A stretch of DNA of 64,000 nucleotides, taken from the NCBI GenBank assembly GCA_942493385.1, contig OW818699.1:1686808-1750807 (forward strand), in the 5' to 3' direction. Source of the DNA: an uncultured Bacteroidales bacterium. GTDB taxonomy: Bacteria > Bacteroidota > Bacteroidia > Bacteroidales > UBA1402. Below the pieces are notes generated by a model, which worked only from the letters and a program-made list of their open reading frames with translations, ran no database searches and was not told the DNA's origin. The translations under genes and the position numbers were made by a program. Below are positions 18,142 through 26,094 of this stretch, piece after piece; position 1 is the first letter of the stretch; each line of letters starts with the position of its first letter.

Positions 18142-18573
18142 ATGAAAGAATTCAAGTACACCATCAACGGAAATTCTTACACCGTTGAAATCATTAAAGA
18201 AGACGGTGCCGAAGTTGAACTGACTGTTAATGGTACAGCATATACCGTAGAAGTTGAAGAGGAAATCATCGAATTGCCCAAAAAGATCACGCGTCCTGCC
18301 GCCGCCCCGACCAAACCCACTGGTGAACCGGTACTGGGTGTCAAAAAGAACGTCTCCTCCGGTGGCGCCGTAAAAGCTCCGCTACCAGGTGTCATTCTCG
18401 AAGTGTGCGTCAAGGTTGGCGACACGGTGAAAGTAGGCGACAAAGTTCTGCTGCTCGAAGCCATGAAGATGGAAAACACCATTGCTAGCGACTTGGCTGG
18501 TAAGGTTCTGGAAATCAAAGTCGAAGCCGGCACCACTGTCCTAGAAGGTGCGGAAATGATCATGATCGGATAG
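18142..18573 (+). CDS. Biotin carboxyl carrier protein (biotinyl domain)
   Basis: Start at the ATG at 18142 (MKEFKYTING). Has a Pro/Ala linker and the biotinylation motif EAMKMEN. Confidence 0.85.
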   Translation: MKEFKYTINGNSYTVEIIKEDGAEVELTVNGTAYTVEVEEEIIELPKKITRPAAAPTKPTGEPVLGVKKNVSSGGAVKAPLPGVILEVCVKVGDTVKVGDKVLLLEAMKMENTIASDLAGKVLEIKVEAGTTVLEGAEMIMIG

Positions 18574-18597
18574 ATGTCTCAATAGAGCGTATTGCCC

Positions 18598-18635
18598 AAA
18601 AAAAAGAGCTTGTATTAATAATGCAGGCTCTTTTT
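18598..18635. terminator. Bidirectional intrinsic terminator (BCCP gene / gldL)
   Basis: AAAAAGAGC...GCTCTTTTT with additional imperfect inner pairing (TTGTATTA/TAATGCAG). An A-run lies on one side and a T-run on the other. Confidence 0.55.
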
Positions 18636-18654
18636 GGTATAAAACGATAAGTTT

Positions 18655-19488
18655 TTATTCTTTCTTCATCATTCCTATCATATTCTTATAATTCTTGTTC
18701 AGGGTCGAGAGGTTACTGTTGAGTTCTTTCATTTGGTCGCGGTATTTCTTAGTTTCGACAGCCGATTCGGACATATCCTTGAGATATTCTTCCGCACCCT
18801 GTACCTGAACCCGATAAATGGAATTCAACGTATTCAAATTTTTGTTGAGCGATTCCAGCTCCATCTGATATTTTTTGGACTCTTCCTCAATCGAAGTCAG
18901 CGAACTGGCAATGCTTTGATATTTGAAGACCGTCTTGGATGTAACTCGCAGGATGGATGATTCATAAGCTTTGGCCAGTCGTTCTAGCGATTCATCGGCA
19001 ATTTCGATGGTTTTCATGTATTTGGTCGAAGCCGCAAAGACATCGCCCATCGTATTCATGTGTTCAGCCGTGTCACCAAGCTTTCGCAGGCCATCTCCGA
19101 AGCGAAGCAATAAATCGGGCGTAATGTCACCATTCATCAACATCTCGTCAAATTTGGCCAGCGCCAGGGATCCATTGCCATCATCCACCAGCTTGCTGTT
19201 CACCCGACGTGGTACAATTTCCTCCTCTTCATCATCAGCACTCAGGATTACGTTTGGATAAACCAAAGGCGGATGTTCATCATCCTGACTTTCAAAAGCG
19301 TAAAAGAAGAAAATGATGGCTTCCGTCACCAAGCCGGCAGTTAGCATGTAATCCGCTCCTGCCCAATGCTCCAATTTGAATAGGGCACCTAATACAACGA
19401 CAGATGCGCCAAAACCATACAGTTTTGTCATGGCAGCCTTAAAGCCCCTGGTCTGCGTCAATCGTTGTATTTGTGCATCTAAGCCCAT
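18655..19488 (-). CDS. gldL: GldL/PorL-like motor protein
   Basis: KLYGFGASVVVLGALFKLEHW and LTAGLVTEAIIFFFYAFE are the two N-terminal TM helices characteristic of GldL. A cytoplasmic coiled-coil-like tail follows. Confidence 0.85.
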   Translation of the reverse strand: MGLDAQIQRLTQTRGFKAAMTKLYGFGASVVVLGALFKLEHWAGADYMLTAGLVTEAIIFFFYAFESQDDEHPPLVYPNVILSADDEEEEIVPRRVNSKLVDDGNGSLALAKFDEMLMNGDITPDLLLRFGDGLRKLGDTAEHMNTMGDVFAASTKYMKTIEIADESLERLAKAYESSILRVTSKTVFKYQSIASSLTSIEEESKKYQMELESLNKNLNTLNSIYRVQVQGAEEYLKDMSESAVETKKYRDQMKELNSNLSTLNKNYKNMIGMMKKE

Positions 19489-19520
19489 AGATCAAATTTT
19501 ATTGTAAAGATAATGCAATT

Positions 19521-21134
19521 TTACTTTATAGTAATGAAGAATGGTGGAAGATTCCGCTTATCATTTCCAGGTCCATTGACAATGATTTCTTCAAATAGTA
19601 GCACTTGTCCTCGATTCGTTCTCCGAATCTCCTGTATCATTTCATCCGTCAGATTATCGTTGGGTGAATCATAATTGTAGGTATTGAAACCACGATCCAT
19701 CGTCAACCTGAAACTTACGACCTGAAAAACGTAATTAAAATCAAAATCCACAGGCATCATCGGTACGATTTTTCCTGCCGAAAGGATATTTTCACGAGTA
19801 ACAAAGCCATCTTTTCTTCCGGAAATGGTAGGAGTCGGATCCGGTAGTTTCTTGATACGAAAAGTTTGCGTGCCTATCAACTTCAAACCATCATTCGACT
19901 TGATGGAAACCGATACGACCGCTTCTTTTGCTGTTGGTGGCACTATACAAATCCATCCGCTACTCTTAGGGTCCTGCTTGATAGTGCCGACAGATATGGT
20001 CGGAGAAAGGTTCTCCATCGGAATTCCAGTGATGGAAACGGACAGTGGATTTTCCACCCCAGCATAAAGTACGTTCATATTGGTGGGAGAAACCGTCACA
20101 ACAGGAGGTGCTACAAAATACTCCCCTTTGAAATGATAGGTCCGTTCACGTCCGGAAGCCGTAGGTACACTTACAAATCCAGCGTATTTTTGCATTCCTA
20201 AAGCAGTAGCTGGAAATTTGATATTTAATTTACCCTTATCCCTTGCTACGAGCGTAGCCTGGCCTTTTTGATCGACCGTCATGCTGTCCACTCCTTTCAT
20301 CAGGTATACGCTTGGACTTGGGGTGTGGCTGGTGTCATAAGCAGCCACAATCACTTCCGCTTCAAAATCATCACCCGTAAACAAATAATTAGTTTTTGGC
20401 AGCACCTTCGCTTCAATCCGGTCGTACTTGAAATCCTCGGCGATGCTTTCCCTAAGAAGTCCATTAACCACTTCCAATTCCGCATTGTTTACTTCCGAAA
20501 TCAATTTGTTCAGAATCGGAATATCGGCTGCCAGCGGAATATCATAGAAGTAATGGTGTTCCCAGCTTTGCAACTTGCCAAAAGCATCTTTGTATTTGTC
20601 CTTCGTGTCAAGACCCAATTGAATATCCTTCCTATTCGACGGATTGATCAGCTTCAAAATCTTTTCCCGATATGCACTTATCTTGTTTTTGAGTTCTCTT
20701 GCCTTACCCTTGGAGCCACTTTCCAAAGGTCCGATCATAATTTGCGTTGGTATCGTATAGTTATCCTTTTTCCGCAAATCTCTAATGCTCATTTTGCGGG
20801 CAGAATCCAAGGGTACCTTCTCTGTGACTGCAATTAATTCGTCTCGCATATTTGCGATGTAACTCACCATCTCGGTCGAAAGCTTCATGGCCACTTTTGC
20901 CTTATCCCAGAATGGACCGACCTCAATTTGGTTCATGGTGAACTCCTTCTGGAATTCTTCCACTGTCATTTTACGTTTATCCGGAAAACTTTCATTGGTT
21001 GAAAGCACGGTGTCATTCACCGTCGAGTAACCCTCCAGCACCTCTTTCGAAACATTCAGGGCCAGCATTGCCGTCAGCACGAGGTACATCATGCCAATGA
21101 GCTTTTGCCTGGGTGATTCTTTTTGGTGGGCCAT
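19521..21134 (-). CDS. gldM: GldM/PorM-like motor/periplasmic shaft protein
   Basis: The N-terminus SPRQKLIGMMYLVLTAMLALNVSKEVLEGY is the GldM signature TM region. Length is 537 aa. The GldM_C-like end reads ...LLFEEIIVNGPGNDKRNLPPFFITIK. Confidence 0.85.
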   Translation of the reverse strand: MAHQKESPRQKLIGMMYLVLTAMLALNVSKEVLEGYSTVNDTVLSTNESFPDKRKMTVEEFQKEFTMNQIEVGPFWDKAKVAMKLSTEMVSYIANMRDELIAVTEKVPLDSARKMSIRDLRKKDNYTIPTQIMIGPLESGSKGKARELKNKISAYREKILKLINPSNRKDIQLGLDTKDKYKDAFGKLQSWEHHYFYDIPLAADIPILNKLISEVNNAELEVVNGLLRESIAEDFKYDRIEAKVLPKTNYLFTGDDFEAEVIVAAYDTSHTPSPSVYLMKGVDSMTVDQKGQATLVARDKGKLNIKFPATALGMQKYAGFVSVPTASGRERTYHFKGEYFVAPPVVTVSPTNMNVLYAGVENPLSVSITGIPMENLSPTISVGTIKQDPKSSGWICIVPPTAKEAVVSVSIKSNDGLKLIGTQTFRIKKLPDPTPTISGRKDGFVTRENILSAGKIVPMMPVDFDFNYVFQVVSFRLTMDRGFNTYNYDSPNDNLTDEMIQEIRRTNRGQVLLFEEIIVNGPGNDKRNLPPFFITIK

Positions 21135-21218
21135 ACTTGATTACTTAATAAATAGGTCCAAGTCGGTTGTGTTTTTGAACATAAATTGTACCTTGATCGT
21201 TATCGTTTGTATGTATTG

Positions 21219-21226
21219 CAAAAGTA
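21219..21226 (-). promoter_or_regulatory. -7 box TACTTTTG upstream of gldM
   Basis: The minus-strand sequence matches TAnnTTTG, 85 nt upstream of the gldM ATG. No convincing -33 element was seen. Confidence 0.25.
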
Positions 21227-21325
21227 TTCGATGTTTTGCATATTTCCTAATGCGGCACATAATTCTCAAATTATCAGAAAAGAAGAATCCCAGCCAATTT
21301 CAGGCGCTATTTGGAGCATAATTTG

Positions 21326-21793
21326 TTATTGTAACCTATAATTCAAAGTTACTGCATAGGTGCCCGGGTGTAACTGCGAAAAATCAGAAATGAAAACATT
21401 CTGAGTAAGGATGACTGTTTTATTGCTTGCATACCATATACCTGTAATTATTGATTGATAATAGGTAGCGACGGTAACTAACCCTGTGGTGGAGCCTGCC
21501 CAATTACCACTAGGCTGTGCTGCCTGAACGGTATAGGTCATGCCAGGTGGGACAGAGTTGGATAAAATATCGATGTTTCCAACAATACCATCGCCTAAAA
21601 ATGGCCATGAATATTTGACAGATTGTGACGTGTAAGCAACTATTGGGTTAGCTGGAGTAGCTCCTGCTGTTGATGTTTGAAGCGTATAAGCGTTGGGACT
21701 CAATGTCAAAGGGGTTAAGGAAATCCTGCTTTGTGCCCAAGTACTACCACCCAACAAGGTAATAAACAATAGAAAAAAACATCTTTTATTCAT
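21326..21793 (-). CDS. Small secreted pilin-like protein (post-usher position)
   Basis: Signal peptide ending TWAQ. The mature N-terminus has alternating hydrophobics (RISLTPLTL). The C-terminus HPGTYAVTLNYRLQ resembles the GxY...Y-x-Q end of chaperone-usher/SCPU-type subunits. Confidence 0.45.
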   Translation of the reverse strand: MNKRCFFLLFITLLGGSTWAQSRISLTPLTLSPNAYTLQTSTAGATPANPIVAYTSQSVKYSWPFLGDGIVGNIDILSNSVPPGMTYTVQAAQPSGNWAGSTTGLVTVATYYQSIITGIWYASNKTVILTQNVFISDFSQLHPGTYAVTLNYRLQ

Positions 21794-21799
21794 AATCGG

Positions 21800-24424
21800 T
21801 CACTTTTTAATTAGATTATTCTGGAATTGAATTTGTCTTGCTTTCTTTTGAATGACGACATCAATTTTTTCGTGTTTCCCGGAAGTCAAATCAATGGTGA
21901 AATTACTATTTAAAAGTTTATAACCCAAAGGTATTCCATTAGGATATATTTTTATTTGCCATTTGTCTGGTCGTAAGTCATCAAAACGGAACGTACCTTC
22001 CTTGTTAGTATAAATTCGGTAAATATCCTTGCCGTTGCTTGCTTCCACAATGAGCTTTTCAATGGTTTCCTTGACTGGAATGTAGCCCTTTTGATTGGCA
22101 CGTTCATCTTCTTGAACCATTATTCGTCCTGAAATACTGCCCGAAGATGTTAAGGCACATTCAAACAACGTCACTTTGCTGGGTTCTACAAGAATCTTGA
22201 ATGGGCCTGGCGTTTCCGTTATCGTATTCAACCCCATGGAGGAAGCATCGATGTTCATCAGGTACTCTCCTACAGGAATTGCTGGAAACTTGAAATTGCC
22301 ATCTTTATCGGTAATGCAAATATTTCCGTTCAGATTCAACAAAAGCCCACCAACCTTTTCCACTCCATGATTGATGATCTTGCCGCTCACACTCCCAATA
22401 TTTTTCTTTTTAGCTATGGGCATGTTCAAATTGTGAACATAGCGCAATTGAACGTTGTATTCTTTTTTGTCAAGGGTGTTTTTAACTAGGTTGTAGTTGG
22501 CTGTCAGGTTTATTTCGTTGTTGTCGTTAATTCGTCCGAAAAGGTTCATCGAGAACAAACTTCTGTCTGAGGTATAGTAACGCCACTCATAATTACTGTT
22601 GTATTGCAGTGATAACGATAGGCGGTCCTTCATATTGGCAATAAATGAACCACCATAATAAAACTGATCAAAACCTGTCACATTTTTTTGCCCACCCTGA
22701 TAGGTGGAGAATGCACTGGCTGAAAAACTTTTATTGAATATGTAGAACATGGTAAAAGTACTGTTGTAGAACAACGACTCATCCACTACTATTCCGGGTA
22801 GATGATTTTGCATTTTTCCAACATCGGCAATCAGTGCCAGGTTGAACGACTTTAATTTGCTTTGAAGGGATATTCTACCACTTGTTTTGTCGTAATCAAA
22901 CAAAGGTGTTGGTGATTGGTCTTCTAAGCTAACCATATTGCCTGCCAAGGATAAGGTATTTTGCTGTGAAATTCTATAACTGGCAGTCATATTGATGTTT
23001 TTGCTGTGGGGCATGTTGGCATACAACGTATCCAATGCCATATTGGTGCTGTTTACGTCGTAATTGACCGAAAGTGAAAACTTCTTCAACTGAATGGCGG
23101 ACCCGACATTCATACGAAGGCTGTTGGTAACGAATCCAGGAAAATTGGGTTCTGCAAACAGGTATACCAAATGCGTGCTGAATTTGGGGATATTGAGATT
23201 TATGGTTGCCTTGTAAGCTTTTGTTAATTTTGAAGTGGCTTGTCCCATTGCCAGTTCTGCTTCCGTGCTGATAATGGAGAAAAGATTGTTGTGTGCAGAA
23301 ATCGTATACAATTGCGTGCGATTGTTCAATGTATCCGATTTCGTTAGGAATCCGGCCGACAATCCGTTCCTGGGGTCGAAATTGAACGATGAATAGGCCG
23401 CTGCCACTTGTTTGATTAGTGGATAATAACGTGGTACATTGTAGTAGGTCCCAATGGTCCATTTGTTCAAACGATACCGCAGTTCAAGCCCACGTCCGTT
23501 TCTGGAGGACTCTGTCAATTCACTTAATCCGAAATTATAGTCTCCTACAGCTGTAAAAAATTTTGAGGTACGAAATTTGAGATAATACTCATCATTCAAG
23601 CCAAATAATGGATTACCCGTTCTATCGGGACCGCGCAGGTGAAAATCAACGTTGGTATCCCCTTTTTTCCCAATCGCACCTGTACCCTGAATGTCGTACA
23701 TGCTACTTATCATTTGATTGCCCAACCGATTGCTGGCTGCAAAAATTCCAGATATTTTGATAGGAAAGCGTTCGTATTTGTCAAACTTGACCGCTTCAGA
23801 TGGAAATATGTCGTACGAAGAATACACTGAAGATTCTGTCTCCGGCTTGTCAACTACTTGCGCTATCAAAATGACCGATTGTTGCGTATGACCGTCAACT
23901 TTTTTTGCCGTTTTCGAATGAAAAGTTGTTACAATACCAGAATCCTTTGGAATGGAGAATTCTTCAATCTTACTTTCGGATCCCCTGAGTGTAGTCGTCT
24001 TTATTTTTACATCCAAATTGGAGAAATTCTGAATGAGATAACTTATGTTCACCTCATCACCTGAAAATATATACGAAGGAGATTTCAATTTTGTAATTGA
24101 AATCTCATATTTTGGCCTTACTTGAATGGGTATGTCAATTTTTCCGAACGGAATGTGACCAGGCAACTCCAACACTTCAACAGACAGATTAAAGTCACCG
24201 GCACGGATACTCTGTGATATTTGTATACCGATAACTTTTTTTAGACTGGAATTCTTTTCGATCTTGATGGATGAATAATCCGCAATCAACTTGCCGTTCA
24301 CTTCGTTGTTGCTAAACTTGATTTGAGCTTCTTTATCTTCGTTCGTAGGATTGTTGATCACTACAAGCATGTTGATGGTAGCGCCCGGTTCAACTTCTTT
24401 TTTTTGTGGTGAAAGTACCTTCAA
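21800..24424 (-). CDS. Outer-membrane beta-barrel protein with periplasmic beta-sandwich domains (usher-like); 5' end requires a frameshift to reach the ATG at 24501
   Basis: The track ORF starts at a TTG. The frame stays open 37 more codons upstream and encodes ...NRFNCFFLIVLRSSALA. Two N-terminal Ig/CARDB-like repeats cover about aa 1-215. A central ~470 aa has an amphipathic beta-strand pattern (LRYRLNKWTIGTYYN, SLSLQYNSNYEWRYY). Two C-terminal CarboxypepD_reg-like domains follow (GSVSGKIINHG...DKDGNFKF and GSISGRIMVQ...NKEGTFRFDDL). Confidence 0.5.
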   Translation of the reverse strand: MKVLSPQKKEVEPGATINMLVVINNPTNEDKEAQIKFSNNEVNGKLIADYSSIKIEKNSSLKKVIGIQISQSIRAGDFNLSVEVLELPGHIPFGKIDIPIQVRPKYEISITKLKSPSYIFSGDEVNISYLIQNFSNLDVKIKTTTLRGSESKIEEFSIPKDSGIVTTFHSKTAKKVDGHTQQSVILIAQVVDKPETESSVYSSYDIFPSEAVKFDKYERFPIKISGIFAASNRLGNQMISSMYDIQGTGAIGKKGDTNVDFHLRGPDRTGNPLFGLNDEYYLKFRTSKFFTAVGDYNFGLSELTESSRNGRGLELRYRLNKWTIGTYYNVPRYYPLIKQVAAAYSSFNFDPRNGLSAGFLTKSDTLNNRTQLYTISAHNNLFSIISTEAELAMGQATSKLTKAYKATINLNIPKFSTHLVYLFAEPNFPGFVTNSLRMNVGSAIQLKKFSLSVNYDVNSTNMALDTLYANMPHSKNINMTASYRISQQNTLSLAGNMVSLEDQSPTPLFDYDKTSGRISLQSKLKSFNLALIADVGKMQNHLPGIVVDESLFYNSTFTMFYIFNKSFSASAFSTYQGGQKNVTGFDQFYYGGSFIANMKDRLSLSLQYNSNYEWRYYTSDRSLFSMNLFGRINDNNEINLTANYNLVKNTLDKKEYNVQLRYVHNLNMPIAKKKNIGSVSGKIINHGVEKVGGLLLNLNGNICITDKDGNFKFPAIPVGEYLMNIDASSMGLNTITETPGPFKILVEPSKVTLFECALTSSGSISGRIMVQEDERANQKGYIPVKETIEKLIVEASNGKDIYRIYTNKEGTFRFDDLRPDKWQIKIYPNGIPLGYKLLNSNFTIDLTSGKHEKIDVVIQKKARQIQFQNNLIKK

Positions 24425-24470
24425 CTCCAGTTTACTATCAATAGCCAGAGCGGAAGAACGTAATACTATT

Positions 24471-24479
24471 AAAAAAAAA
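24471..24479 (-). repeat. T9 homopolymer (minus strand), either a -1 slippery site or an indel-prone tract at the usher-like gene 5' end
   Basis: The minus strand reads ATG TTT CGA ATC GTT TCA ATT GTT TTT TTT TAA. A -1 shift, or one extra T, joins MFRIVSIVFF to LIVLRSSALAIDSK... in the main frame. Confidence 0.6.
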
Positions 24480-24532
24480 CAATTGAAACGATTCGAAACA
24501 TCTATCAGGTTTTTGACAATCTGCGCCTCACC

Positions 24533-25333
24533 CTAAAAATAAAGTGTATATTCCAATCCAAATACATCATCATCCGCACCAGCGGCAACGATCATGGCCG
24601 TATATGTTTTTTTGGATGGAACACCCTCTAAGTCCAACTTGAATCGGGCTGAAGTGGTTGGATATAAACCACGTTTGGGTGCTGTAATTTTTTTAACCAA
24701 AATGCCGTCTTGATCATATAGTTCAATGCTGACTTCAGGAGCGATGTAGTGTTGACCTTCGTTCAACAAGTCGATGGCTAGGTAAAGTTTCTTGCCTTCT
24801 TCGGCTTTTATAAGGGTAGGATCCATGAACTTGAGTTTTCCTGTACCCCTATTGTTGATTTCATTGACTACTTGAACCGCATATCTTGTTGCAGTCCGAA
24901 TACTTAAGTCACCCTTCTGATTCGGGTCAATAGGATCAACACCTTCAACCATGATGACGCTCCAGTAAGAGCCAATGATGGAGTCGCCTTTTGGAACTGT
25001 TATTTCATATTCAACATTACGTGATTCCTTGCTTTTTAAGACGACAGTTCTTGGACTATATTGTATCCAACTGGCATTGGATCGTTTTTGTCCACCAGGT
25101 TCATCGTAAAAGGTTTGTTCTTGAAAGTTGAATAGGAAATCTGTTTGGTAGATTCTAACTTCCTGATCGGCGGCATCATTATTTTGAATCTTAATTTGTC
25201 CCTTGACAACATCACCGGGATTGGTATTGTATACTTGCTTTAAACTTCCAATAACTTCGACGGATGCCATTAAACCTACGGGAAGTAAAAATAAGTAGCA
25301 AATAAACAGGATAAGCTTTTTGTTTAGCATCAT
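24533..25333 (-). CDS. Periplasmic two-beta-sandwich protein (chaperone-like, PapD/DUF916-like pattern)
   Basis: Signal peptide (LLPVGLMA). The segments VVKGQIKIQNNDAADQEVRIY and YSPRTVVLKSKESRNVEYEITVP...SYWSVIMVEG resemble the Ig-like chaperone pattern. It lies immediately upstream of the barrel gene. The fold is not verified. Confidence 0.4.
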   Translation of the reverse strand: MMLNKKLILFICYLFLLPVGLMASVEVIGSLKQVYNTNPGDVVKGQIKIQNNDAADQEVRIYQTDFLFNFQEQTFYDEPGGQKRSNASWIQYSPRTVVLKSKESRNVEYEITVPKGDSIIGSYWSVIMVEGVDPIDPNQKGDLSIRTATRYAVQVVNEINNRGTGKLKFMDPTLIKAEEGKKLYLAIDLLNEGQHYIAPEVSIELYDQDGILVKKITAPKRGLYPTTSARFKLDLEGVPSKKTYTAMIVAAGADDDVFGLEYTLYF

Positions 25334-25393
25334 GGTTCTGATTTAAAGCATTAAGAATAAGTTAAAATGAGCTGGAAAACGTATCAAACACCG

Positions 25394-25401
25394 CAAATGT
25401 A
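25394..25401 (-). promoter_or_regulatory. -7 box TACATTTG upstream of the chaperone-like gene
   Basis: The minus-strand sequence matches TAnnTTTG, 61 nt upstream of the ATG at 25333. Confidence 0.3.
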
Positions 25402-25515
25402 TTCGTAGTTTCTTAAAAAACCTAATTTAACTTATTAAAATATACTTTTAGAACTAAAAAAAAAACTACTAAACCCTTTTGAACAGCTATTTTCAGTTTG
25501 TAAAGCGTAGAAATC

Positions 25516-26094
25516 CTATTGAACTGCCGTCAATGTAAAAGTGACAACAATTTGTGCACCAGTGGTGGCTCGTAGTGTTCCATACGTGGCTGGATTGACA
25601 TCCAACGCATAACTGAACTTCAATGGGTATCCGTCTGCTGCTCCCTTACCTGAATAACAGGATGCGATATTGGTAATAATCGGCCTGTCTGTACCATCCA
25701 AAGTTGTCGGAGCAATAAAGACTCCTGTTTCACCTGCAAAATTGGAGTTTGGTTGTAAAACCGAAAGTTCAAGATGGGTGCCTGGAGGTACGGTTCCTGC
25801 TGTAATCTTTGCCGAAAGTGTTCGAGTCATTGAAGAGGAGATCACAGAAGACATCAAGAGTCTGGCTGTAGAGTCAGATGCGCTTACTTCAACGGAAAGC
25901 CCGGCATCTTGCTGGTTTAATTGCAAATTGATGAGGTCGGCACTTGTTTTTACCAACGAGACTTCCGTAATTCCCAGCGTAATGGTCGTAGACGAAGAAT
26001 TGGTTGCGCTCGTAGAACCCTCCTGGGCGAAAACTCTATAACTGTTTAACAACAGTGCGCAAAATATTCCAATGATCGATAGCTTTTTATACAT
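25516..26094 (-). CDS. Secreted pilin-like paralogue P1
   Basis: Signal peptide ...RVFAQ. Family motifs are RLLMSS, TRTLSAKI, SCYSGKGAADGY and the C-terminal IVVTFTLTAVQ. Its ATG overlaps the upstream gene's stop (ATGTATAA). Confidence 0.5.
   Translation of the reverse strand: MYKKLSIIGIFCALLLNSYRVFAQEGSTSATNSSSTTITLGITEVSLVKTSADLINLQLNQQDAGLSVEVSASDSTARLLMSSVISSSMTRTLSAKITAGTVPPGTHLELSVLQPNSNFAGETGVFIAPTTLDGTDRPIITNIASCYSGKGAADGYPLKFSYALDVNPATYGTLRATTGAQIVVTFTLTAVQ

Noticed and set aside
25456-25465. A10/T10 homopolymer between P1 and the chaperone-like gene as a second phase-variation switch.
   Set aside because: It lies about 55 nt upstream of the -7 box, outside the -33/-7 spacer and outside coding sequence, so a length change has no obvious consequence. 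It may simply be the U-tract or AT-rich spacer after P1.
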